Source: an uncultured Bacteroidia bacterium (lineage in GTDB: Bacteria > CAIWAD01 > BS150m-G50). Taken from it: a stretch of DNA of 64,000 nt. The stretch spans positions 4,371 to 68,370 of the forward strand of contig CAZFEC010000010.1 in assembly GCA_964517435.1 (NCBI GenBank), in the 5' to 3' direction. The translations under genes were made by a program, and so were the position numbers. Positions 1 to 8,504 of the stretch are shown piece after piece (within the stretch, counting starts at the first letter, position 1; every line of letters starts with the position of its first letter). The notes below the pieces were generated by a model, which saw nothing but the letters and a program-made list of their open reading frames with translations, ran no database searches and was not told the origin of the DNA.

Positions 1-2
1 TC

Positions 3-644
3 AGGATTCCGCCCTTTATCGCGACCCTGGCAATGATGCAGGTGGCGGCCGGACTGGCGTATATCTTCTCGCAGGGGAAGCCGATCTACCAGCTGCCCGA
101 CACCTTTGTCTGGTTGGGGCGGGGCGTCGATCCGCTCCTGCAAGTTCCCAACGCCGTCATTCTGATGCTCTTCCTGTATATCGTCGCTCACCTGGTGATG
201 ACGCGTACAACCTTCGGTCGCTATGTCTACGCCGTCGGCGGCAACCTGGAAGCGGCGCGCCTGGCCGGAATCAGAGTGAAGACGGTCCTCTTCTCGGTGT
301 ACACAATCTGCGGGATGCTGGCGGGTCTGGGCGGTGTGGTAATGGCATCGCAGTTGAAGAGCGGCGCCGCCACCTACGGACTGACCTACGAGTTGTATGT
401 GATCGCCGCCGTGGTGGTGGGCGGAACCAGCCTGATGGGTGGCGAGGGGCGCATCCTGGGCACCCTGATCGGGGCCTTCATTATTGCCGTCATTCAGAAT
501 GGGATGAATCTGGTCAATGTCGAGAGCTACACTCAGAAGGTCGTACTCGGCCTGGTTATTCTCGGCGCCGTACTGGTGGACCGGTTGAAGCACACCAGGC
601 TGAAGGTCAGGAAATCCAGGCGGGAAACCAGCACCCCCGCTTGA
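3..644 (+). CDS. Sugar ABC transporter permease (RbsC/AraH type), 5' end outside window
   Basis: The frame is open from the window edge. The C-terminal part reads FGRYVYAVGGNLEAARLAGIRV...VVVGGTSLMGGEGRILGTLIGAFII, the pattern I recognise from ribose-family ABC permeases. Confidence 0.8.
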   Translation, partial: RIPPFIATLAMMQVAAGLAYIFSQGKPIYQLPDTFVWLGRGVDPLLQVPNAVILMLFLYIVAHLVMTRTTFGRYVYAVGGNLEAARLAGIRVKTVLFSVYTICGMLAGLGGVVMASQLKSGAATYGLTYELYVIAAVVVGGTSLMGGEGRILGTLIGAFIIAVIQNGMNLVNVESYTQKVVLGLVILGAVLVDRLKHTRLKVRKSRRETSTPA

Positions 645-683
645 CGAACGCAATTGATCCCTGAAGAGTAAAGGAGGACGACA

Positions 684-3600
684 GTGCGAACCAGCTGCCT
701 GTATCTGATGATTATCGTGCTGATGACGGGGGAGTCGCTTGTGGCCGGGACGGCTGCCGACGCGCAGACGTCCTCCAGGCCGAAGTTGTATGTGGTCGGC
801 ACGGCGCACCTGGACACCCAGTGGCGGTGGACGATCCAGACCACCATCGAGGATTACATTCCGGATACATTTCGCAGGAACATCGCGCTGATGGAGCGGC
901 ATCCCGATTACGTTTTCAGCTTCGAAGGTTCCTTCCGGTATATGCTGATGGATGAATACTATCCCGACGAATTCGAACGGGTGCGGCCTTTTATCGATTC
1001 AGGCCAATGGCGCGTTACCGGCAGCTGGGTCGACGCGGTCGATGTAAACCTGCCCTCCTTTGAATCGCTGGTGCGTCAGACGCTGTACGGCAACGGCTAC
1101 TTCCAGCGGGAGTTCGGCAAGGTAAGTCGCGACATCTTTCTGCCCGACTGTTTTGGCTTCGGATACGCCCTGCCCTCCATCGCGGCGCATGCCGGCCTCG
1201 GCGGTATCTCGACGCAGAAGCTGACCTGGGGCTCCTGCGTTGGTATTCCTTTTGACATTGGGATCTGGGCGGGAGTCGACGGTTCCAGGCTCGCCGCCGG
1301 TTTCAATCCCGGCTCCTATGTGGCGCAGATCAAGGGAGATCTCAGCCGCGATACCACCTGGCTGGCGATAGCCGAGCGGCAGGGCGAGGCCACCGGCCTC
1401 TACGCCGCCTACCGTTATTTCGGAACCGGCGATACCGGCGGATCTCCCACACCGGCGTCGGTGGAGTGGCTGCAAAAGTCTATAGACAGCGACGGACCAC
1501 TGCAGGTGGAAAGCGTCGGTGCTGACGACCTGATAGGCCTGGTGGCGTCGACCGACAGGGAGCGCCTGCCGCTTTATGACGGTGAGCTGGTGATGACCAG
1601 CCACGGTGTGGGCTGCTACACATCCCAGGCGGCGATGAAGCGCTGGAACCGCCAGAACGAGCTGCTGGCGGATGCGGCCGAGCGCGCCTCGGTTATGGCG
1701 CACCGTCTCGGCAGTCTCAGCTATCCGCGCGAGATGTTGCGGGACAGCTGGGTGCGCTTCCTGTGGCATCAGTTCCATGACGATCTCACCGGAACCAGCA
1801 TCCCGGCAGCCTATGAATATTCCTGGAATGATGAATTACTCTGCCAGAACCGTTTTGCCGCCATGCTGGAACACGCCGTGGAGTCGGTGGCGCCCGCGCT
1901 GGACACCAGTGTTGACGGCATCCCGGTGATCGTGTACAATCCGCTGTCGCTGGAGCGCGAAGATATCGTCGAGGCAAAGGTGCATTTCGACGCCGCGGCT
2001 CCCGCAGATGTTCGCGTATTCGATCCCGACGGGCGCCAGGTGCCGGTGGACGTGGTCGAGACCTCCGGTAACGATCTCCTGGTTCGCTTTCCGGCGCGGG
2101 CGCCCGCGGTCGGTTTCGCCGTTTATGACCTGCGACCGGCCGGGGAGAAGTGTGATCTTCAGACCGGTTTGCGCATCACTCCCCGCACGTTGGAAAACGA
2201 GCGCTACCTGGTGCGGGTCAATGATGCCGGTGAGGTGGCCTCGATCTTCGACAAGCGCGTGAAGCGGGAGCTGCTGTCGGAGCCGATCCGGTTCGAGTTC
2301 ATCGCCAACACCCCGCGCAACTGGCCGGCCTGGGAGATCGACTATAATGACGTCATGGCGACTCCCCGCGATCTGTGGGCCGGTCCGGCCCGGATCAGGA
2401 TGGTCGAAGAGGGGCTCACCCGGGTTGCATTGGAAATCGAACGCAAGACCGCGGCGTCGGTAGTGCGAACCACGATCCGCCTGGCGACGGGCGAAGCGTC
2501 CGGACGTGTGGAGTTCGACACCGCCATCGACTGGTACGAACGTGAGACACTCCTGAAAGCCTGCTTCCCGGTAACCTCGGCCAACGATTCGGTCTGGTAC
2601 GATCTCGGCTTGGGAGCCATCCGGCGCGGTCTGAACCGGGAAAAGCTATACGAGGTGCCCGGGCATCAGTGGGCGGACATCACATCGGCCGAGGCGGACT
2701 ACGGCGTGGCGATACTGAACGACTGCCGTTACGGCTGGGATCATCCCACGCCTGAGCAGCTGCGACTCACGCTGATCCACACACCGGGTGTTGCCGATGG
2801 TTGGGATTGGCTTAAAGATGAACGCTCCCAGGACCACGGGCATCACCGTCTGCTTTTTGCCGTTCAGGGGCACGAGGGTGACTGGCGCGAGAGCGATGTC
2901 GTCCAGCAGGCAGCCAGACTGAACCAGCCGCTGCTGGCGTTCCAGACGACCTCTAACGCCGGCGAACTTGGCAAGCGTTACTCCTTCCTGAAGGTTGCGG
3001 ATCCCGGCGTGATGGTAAACGCGATCAAGCTCGCTGAAGCGAACGACGAGATCGTCGTTCGAGTGAGAGAGCTGCAGGGGCGGTCGCACGAGCAGGTTTT
3101 GCTGGAATTCGATCGACCGGTCAGAAGTGCGCGCGAAATCAACGGCATGGAAGAGACGATTGGCGAAGCCAGGATTGTGGATGGACAGCTTATCTGTTCG
3201 CTCACCCCCTTCCAGCCGAAAGCGTTTGCCGTCACCCTGACAGCGCCGACTGCAGCACTGGAGCGCTCTGTTGCCGTCTGCGTGGATCTGCCGTTCAACC
3301 TGGACGGCATCAGCCTCGACGCCGACCGGCACGACGGTGATTTCGACGGACAGAGCTATACGCTGGCGGGGGAACTGATCCCGGACACGCTGCTGTACCG
3401 GGATGTGCCGTTTGTCTTCGGAAAGACAGGCGCGGGAGCGCTCAATGTGGTTGAATGTGAGGAGCAGACCATTCGGTTGCCGGATACTGCTGCAGATCGC
3501 CTGTGCCTGCTGGCCGCAGCGGTCGGTGGCCCGGCAACGGCGCGTTTTCGACTTGACACGCGCACGCACGAGGTCCCCCTGCAGGACTATGCCGATCACA

Positions 3601-4595
3601 TCGGACAGTGGGACAATCGCCTGTCCGGCGGAGAACTCCGCGAACAACCGACAGAGATAACACCGGCCTACATCAACCGTCTGCCTGTAGCCTGGTACGG
3701 ATCGCATCGTCATACTCCCGCGGGAGAAAATGACGCTTACCGGTTCACCTACCTCTTTCTGGTGGAGCTGGAGCTTATCGGCAAAACGAGCGTACTCACA
3801 CTCCCGGCTGATGACCGGATTCGCATCCTGGCGGCGACACTGGTCGACGATCCCTACGGCGAGGTAACACCAGCCCAACCGCTCTATGACGAAACTCACA
3901 ACACTTTCGCCAGAATCGCGGCCGACAGCGCCGCCTTTGCCGGCCGGTCCAGGATTACGATGAGCAGCCCGGTTCCGAACACGACCATCTACTACACCCT
4001 GGACGGGACAGAGCCTGGCGCCGGTTCACTTCGCTATACTCAACCGATCAATGTCACCCGCACAACTACCATCAAAGCCAGGGGGGTGAAAGCCGGTTTC
4101 AACGACAGCCATGTGTCAGAGATGACGGTCACCAAACTGACTCTGCGTGATGCGGTAGAGATTGGCGAAGTGGCGGCTGGTTTGCATTGCCGCTATTACG
4201 AAGGGTCCTGGTCCCGCCTGCCTGATTTCGATACGCTCCGGGTCGATAACACCTTTACGGTTGAAGCCGTAGCTGTTCCGGAGCGCGCTCGCGATGAGGA
4301 TTACGGCCTGACCATGCACGGCTTTGTGAAGGTGCCTGCGGATGGTGTCTATAGTTTCTCGATCAATTCCGACGATGGCAGCCGTCTGCTGATAGGAGAT
4401 ACGTTGCTGGTCGATAATGACGGGCTGCACGGCGATTTCGAACGCTCGGGATTGATCGGCCTCAAGATGGGTTTCCATCCGCTTACGGTTCACATGTTTC
4501 AATGCAAGGGGGGAGAAGCGCTCGGATTGTCCCTGGCCGGTCCGGCCCTGCCGAAGCAGTCGATACCGGCCGCCATGTTGTATCACCGCAAATAG
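684..4595 (+). CDS. Secreted GH38 alpha-mannosidase with C-terminal chitobiase/hexosaminidase-C-like and PA14 modules
   Basis: Hydrophobic signal-like N-terminus. GH38 motifs VVGTAHLDTQWRW and HQFHDDLTGTS. C-terminal TIYYTLDGTEPG module, then a PA14-like segment GLHCRYYEG...YSFSINSDDGSRLLIGD. Confidence 0.85.
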   Translation: MRTSCLYLMIIVLMTGESLVAGTAADAQTSSRPKLYVVGTAHLDTQWRWTIQTTIEDYIPDTFRRNIALMERHPDYVFSFEGSFRYMLMDEYYPDEFERVRPFIDSGQWRVTGSWVDAVDVNLPSFESLVRQTLYGNGYFQREFGKVSRDIFLPDCFGFGYALPSIAAHAGLGGISTQKLTWGSCVGIPFDIGIWAGVDGSRLAAGFNPGSYVAQIKGDLSRDTTWLAIAERQGEATGLYAAYRYFGTGDTGGSPTPASVEWLQKSIDSDGPLQVESVGADDLIGLVASTDRERLPLYDGELVMTSHGVGCYTSQAAMKRWNRQNELLADAAERASVMAHRLGSLSYPREMLRDSWVRFLWHQFHDDLTGTSIPAAYEYSWNDELLCQNRFAAMLEHAVESVAPALDTSVDGIPVIVYNPLSLEREDIVEAKVHFDAAAPADVRVFDPDGRQVPVDVVETSGNDLLVRFPARAPAVGFAVYDLRPAGEKCDLQTGLRITPRTLENERYLVRVNDAGEVASIFDKRVKRELLSEPIRFEFIANTPRNWPAWEIDYNDVMATPRDLWAGPARIRMVEEGLTRVALEIERKTAASVVRTTIRLATGEASGRVEFDTAIDWYERETLLKACFPVTSANDSVWYDLGLGAIRRGLNREKLYEVPGHQWADITSAEADYGVAILNDCRYGWDHPTPEQLRLTLIHTPGVADGWDWLKDERSQDHGHHRLLFAVQGHEGDWRESDVVQQAARLNQPLLAFQTTSNAGELGKRYSFLKVADPGVMVNAIKLAEANDEIVVRVRELQGRSHEQVLLEFDRPVRSAREINGMEETIGEARIVDGQLICSLTPFQPKAFAVTLTAPTAALERSVAVCVDLPFNLDGISLDADRHDGDFDGQSYTLAGELIPDTLLYRDVPFVFGKTGAGALNVVECEEQTIRLPDTAADRLCLLAAAVGGPATARFRLDTRTHEVPLQDYADHIGQWDNRLSGGELREQPTEITPAYINRLPVAWYGSHRHTPAGENDAYRFTYLFLVELELIGKTSVLTLPADDRIRILAATLVDDPYGEVTPAQPLYDETHNTFARIAADSAAFAGRSRITMSSPVPNTTIYYTLDGTEPGAGSLRYTQPINVTRTTTIKARGVKAGFNDSHVSEMTVTKLTLRDAVEIGEVAAGLHCRYYEGSWSRLPDFDTLRVDNTFTVEAVAVPERARDEDYGLTMHGFVKVPADGVYSFSINSDDGSRLLIGDTLLVDNDGLHGDFERSGLIGLKMGFHPLTVHMFQCKGGEALGLSLAGPALPKQSIPAAMLYHRK

Positions 4596-4844
4596 AAACG
4601 ATATCCTGAGCAAAGACATCATGGCGCAGGAAAAGCGGATTGGCGGTGACGGGGACATTTTCGTTCCGGTAAATAACGATCGATTGAACCGGAATAATGT
4701 GATATATTACGACAGACTGCGGACCGACTCTGGACTAAGGCCGCGCCCCTCACCCTTATTGTGCGAATAATCGGTTCCCCCGGTTACGAATAGAGGCTAA
4801 TTACAAATTCAGATAAGCAAAACCGTCATCGACGGGAGGGTCTC

Positions 4845-5672
4845 ATGTTCCTGGAAATCTCGATTCACAGGTTGGCGAAGTATTGCAGCTGCATCCCCGG
4901 CTCCCAGGTGAGAATGGTTGCCGCCTCGCTGGTGGAAGAGAACACGGAAGGGCAGCTCTGGACGGCGCCGCAGTCGCTGCAGGAATGCCTGTTACTGCTC
5001 TGGGACAAGGGGAACAATGTCTTCTACATCGCCGGTGAACCCAATACGCCGGAACTGGCGACGGAGATGTCCCGGCTGATCATGGGCGAGGTCAGAACCC
5101 TGGCGCTGGCAACAGGGCTGGAGAACTTCGCGGCCTGTCCGATTCTGCCCTGGGAAGAGGGGATGCTGCCGACACTGTTTCCGGGCGTGGAATTGACGCA
5201 GGTGGATAAGCTGTTCTTTGGATTTAAGGCGGAGCAGCCCAGTCCGGTGGCGGCGCCCGACATCCCCGGCCTCGAATTCGCCGTCATCGACAAGGCCTGG
5301 CTGGCGCGCACAGATCTGGTCAACCTGGAACGGGTCAACGCCGAGATCGACTGGATGTGGTCGGCCCACAGCAAGAACCGCATGCAGGAATTCGGCATCG
5401 CCGCGCTGGTGGGTCAGGAGGTGATCTGCTGGTGCACGGTCGAATACCAGAGCGAGGAAAAGTGCGGCATCGGTATCGAAACGATGGCGGAGTACCAGAA
5501 CCGGGGCGTGGCCAGCGCGACCACGGCGCGGTTCGTCAAACGCTGCCTGGAGCGGGGCATCAAGCCGCACTGGGAATGCGGCCGGGATAACGGTGCTTCA
5601 GTACGGGTGGTCGAGAAAGTCGGCTTCCAACAGCTGGAGGAGCGCACCTTCTGGCGGGGGCGGTTTCGCTGA
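4845..5672 (+). CDS. GNAT-family N-acetyltransferase (start uncertain: ATG 4845 or ATG 4914)
   Basis: The C-terminal half carries a GNAT-style acetyl-CoA pocket, IETMAEYQNRGVASATTARFVKRCLERG...VRVVEKVGF. Confidence 0.6.
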   Translation: MFLEISIHRLAKYCSCIPGSQVRMVAASLVEENTEGQLWTAPQSLQECLLLLWDKGNNVFYIAGEPNTPELATEMSRLIMGEVRTLALATGLENFAACPILPWEEGMLPTLFPGVELTQVDKLFFGFKAEQPSPVAAPDIPGLEFAVIDKAWLARTDLVNLERVNAEIDWMWSAHSKNRMQEFGIAALVGQEVICWCTVEYQSEEKCGIGIETMAEYQNRGVASATTARFVKRCLERGIKPHWECGRDNGASVRVVEKVGFQQLEERTFWRGRFR

Positions 5673-5834
5673 AGCGGTGTTGGTTTGACCCAACTGAAGA
5701 TGTCCCCCTAGGCAAACCCGCGTTTTTCACCCCAAAAACGGCCGTCTAAGGTCCGAAAACAGTCGAAAATCGGGGTTTAGTAGCTGTGTATGCGCATGTT
5801 ACCAAGGTCCGACCCCGGGGCAACACGGAACTAT

Positions 5835-5874
5835 AAAAAAGGTCCCCACCCGTATGGGCAGGGACCTTTTGTTT
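5835..5874. terminator. Bidirectional rho-independent terminator between convergent genes
   Basis: GGTCCC (5841-5846) pairs with GGGACC (5861-5866). An A-run (5835-5840) lies on one side and TTTTGTTT (5867-5874) on the other. It sits between the + strand GNAT gene and the - strand cytochrome c gene. Confidence 0.6.
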
Positions 5875-5914
5875 CTGGTTGATTTGCAGTCTGTGCTACA
5901 AGTAGCTAGCGCTT

Positions 5915-6433
5915 CTAGAAGCCCTGGATCGAGTGGAGACCCTCCAGGATGACGCGCGCATCTTCCGTTGTGATGTTGGCGCCGGGCATCTCCATCATGT
6001 TCCGGAGCGTTACCCGCTGCTGCGCGGGGTTCATCCCACTGAACTTCATCAGGTTGCCTTCATCGTGGCACTGCACGCATTTCAGCATGACGAGCGAAGC
6101 GTGGATCTTATCCAGTTCGGCGGGCGTGATAACGGCATCGGGATGATCGCTCATGCGCTTGATCACCGCCAGCGCTTCCAGGGAGCCGGTATGCGGTTCC
6201 AGGAAACGGCGGTCGGTATGGCACGCCACACAGTTATCATCCAGAATGCCGAAGGGATCAACCGCGGTTCTGAACTGCGACTCTTCCTGCGCTGTGGCCA
6301 GGGAGGCTTCGATGGCGGTCAGCCGGGCGTTGTTGCCTATCACCACATTGGCCACCAACACTACCACCACAGCCGTCAGCAGGGAGATCAGGAGGATGAA
6401 AATCCGCAGTGAGTCTTGATGTTTGTTGTTCAT
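5915..6433 (-). CDS. Membrane-anchored dihaem c-type cytochrome, last gene of the formate dehydrogenase operon
   Basis: Two CxxCH motifs (CVACH, CVQCH) and one N-terminal TM helix (IFILLISLLTAVVVVLVANVV). ATG at 6433 overlaps the upstream stop as ATGA. The track ORF start at 6481 is probably too long. Confidence 0.7.
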   Translation of the reverse strand: MNNKHQDSLRIFILLISLLTAVVVVLVANVVIGNNARLTAIEASLATAQEESQFRTAVDPFGILDDNCVACHTDRRFLEPHTGSLEALAVIKRMSDHPDAVITPAELDKIHASLVMLKCVQCHDEGNLMKFSGMNPAQQRVTLRNMMEMPGANITTEDARVILEGLHSIQGF

Positions 6434-7698
6434 GCTACCTCCCTGTGCTCTTGTGCTATGGGTAGATTCAACATCGCCCAACGGAACACCAGGAGTCCGA
6501 TCGCGAAGACACCGAGAGTGATGAAGATCTCCATCCAGTGGGGATAATAGGTCTCCCAGCCCGGTTTGTCGATGCCGACTACCGCCACGTTAAGCCGGTT
6601 CCAGATGAGTCCCGCCACCACCAGGAGGGAACCCCAGAAGAGTCCCGCCCGTGATTGCAGGACGGATGGACTCAGGAACAGAGCCATCGGCAGCAGTACG
6701 CCGACCGCGATCTCGAGCCACCAGGAGAATGCCTGCGTGGTCGGTTCAAAGGCGGCCAGCGCCGTCCCGCGACTGATCAGCTCCACCACCTTGACCACCA
6801 GGTAGATGCCCAGCACATAGGGCATGAAGCGGCCGATGCTGGAGAGCAGGTTGAAGTGGGAGGGCAGGCGGAATGCCTTTTCGCTGAGAATGCCTTCGAA
6901 AATCACCATCGCCGGGGCCACCATTACCGCGGACAGGAAGAAGAAGAGCGGCAGCCAGGGGCTGTACCAGAGCGGGTGCAGGCAGTGCGGCGCGAGGGTG
7001 AACAGGGTGCCCAGTGAGGATTGATGCATGGTGGAGTACATTACCCCCGCCATGATCAGCAGGATAGGCATCTGTTTATCTCGTGGCATGAGGCCGGTGC
7101 GCATCGCCACCTCCCAGACCAGCAGGACGACCGCGATAGTCACGGTCCAGCCGACCGAGTCGGTCATGGCGAAAGTGAACAGCCCCATGATGATGATGAT
7201 GACCCAGGGGACCAGCGCATCCCAGAGCTTCTTGAAGCCGGCCCAGGTGTACTTCTCAAACATGATCGGCAGGAACTCCAGCAGGAGCACGAAGGTGTAG
7301 AGCATGACGCACCAGGCCACCTCGAACATCGGCGAATCGTGGTTCCAGTTGAAGATCGCCCGCCACAGGTTCCAGGGCCGTCCCAGGTCTATCAGCAGTG
7401 CGAAGATGAACAGCAGATAGCCCAGGAATGCGGTGGTAATCGAGGCGCGCGCCAGCGCGTGGAACTTCTTGCCTCCGAACAAATGACAGATTCCGGCGAG
7501 GAAGAACCCGCCGGCGGCCAGCGCAATGCCGGCCAGCACATCCACTCCGATCCAGAGACCCCAGGGGTAACCGTCGTTCAGGTTGGTGACCGCACCGAGG
7601 CCGGCACCGAAACGGTAGACGATCAGAACCAGGCCGAACAGAGCCAGCAGCCAGAGAATGACTACGCCCGGTCCGCTTTTAACTTGTTGATTGTTCAT
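6430..7698 (-). CDS. NrfD/PsrC-family integral membrane (quinone-interacting) subunit
   Basis: 422 aa, almost entirely hydrophobic with many TM segments. It sits directly after the FeS subunit with an ATGA overlap at 7695-7698. Confidence 0.75.
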   Translation of the reverse strand: MNNQQVKSGPGVVILWLLALFGLVLIVYRFGAGLGAVTNLNDGYPWGLWIGVDVLAGIALAAGGFFLAGICHLFGGKKFHALARASITTAFLGYLLFIFALLIDLGRPWNLWRAIFNWNHDSPMFEVAWCVMLYTFVLLLEFLPIMFEKYTWAGFKKLWDALVPWVIIIIMGLFTFAMTDSVGWTVTIAVVLLVWEVAMRTGLMPRDKQMPILLIMAGVMYSTMHQSSLGTLFTLAPHCLHPLWYSPWLPLFFFLSAVMVAPAMVIFEGILSEKAFRLPSHFNLLSSIGRFMPYVLGIYLVVKVVELISRGTALAAFEPTTQAFSWWLEIAVGVLLPMALFLSPSVLQSRAGLFWGSLLVVAGLIWNRLNVAVVGIDKPGWETYYPHWMEIFITLGVFAIGLLVFRWAMLNLPIAQEHREVA

Positions 7699-8504
7699 AA
7701 TTCGCCTCCTTCACGACTTTCAGTCGGGCGCTCGACCGCCGCGACCTTATCCCGCCGATTGACAATCCAGGATACGGCTCCCAGACCAATACCCAGGCCG
7801 GTGAGCACATATGGGATGACATTCATGGCGGGGCCGCTGAAGCTGGCATAGGACTGTTTGGTCACATCCTCCGGGAAGCCGAGGTCGGAAAAGGCTACAT
7901 CGGAGAGATGCATCACGCAGGTGCCGCCCGCTTCATCCTTGCCGTAGATCTCGTTGCGATAGTGACGGGGAGCCTTGCGGATCCGCGTTTCCGCTTCCTC
8001 GATCAGGGCTTCCCGCTCGCCGAAGATGATGGCGTCGGTAGGACAGACGGCGGCGCAGGCCGGTTTCAGACCCGCGTCCACCCGCTCGGCGCAGAGGGTG
8101 CACTTCTTGATTTCCGGCAGTGCTTTCTTCCACTCGAAACGGGGGATGTCGAAGGGACAGGCGATTTGACAATAACGACAACCCAGACAGATGTCGGGGT
8201 CGTAGACCACCGGTCCGTCCGCCGTCTTTTCCAGAGCGCGGACCGGACAGGCGGTGACGCAGGCGGGTTCGATGCAGTGGAAACACTGCTGCTTACCGAA
8301 CACCCATTCAAAGCGGTCACGCACCTTGACTTCGTTATAAGTGATCAGGGTCCAGGTTTGCGGTGAAAGTCTAGCAGGATTCTGGTAACCCTTACCGGCA
8401 AAGAAAGTAGTGTTCTCCGCCGGGAGGTTGTTCCACTGCTTGCAGGCCACCTGGCAACCCCGGCACCCGACGCAAAGGGTACTGTCAATGAGCAGGGCTT
8501 TCAT
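7695..8504 (-). CDS. Formate dehydrogenase iron-sulfur (beta) subunit with four 4Fe-4S motifs and a C-terminal TM anchor
   Basis: Cys clusters CVGCRGCQVAC, CFHCIEPACVTACP, CLGCRYCQIACP and CTLCAERV...CAAVCP. C-terminal helix VIPYVLTGLGIGLGAVSWIV. ATGA overlap with the alpha subunit at 8501-8504. Confidence 0.85.
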   Translation of the reverse strand: MKALLIDSTLCVGCRGCQVACKQWNNLPAENTTFFAGKGYQNPARLSPQTWTLITYNEVKVRDRFEWVFGKQQCFHCIEPACVTACPVRALEKTADGPVVYDPDICLGCRYCQIACPFDIPRFEWKKALPEIKKCTLCAERVDAGLKPACAAVCPTDAIIFGEREALIEEAETRIRKAPRHYRNEIYGKDEAGGTCVMHLSDVAFSDLGFPEDVTKQSYASFSGPAMNVIPYVLTGLGIGLGAVSWIVNRRDKVAAVERPTESREGGEL

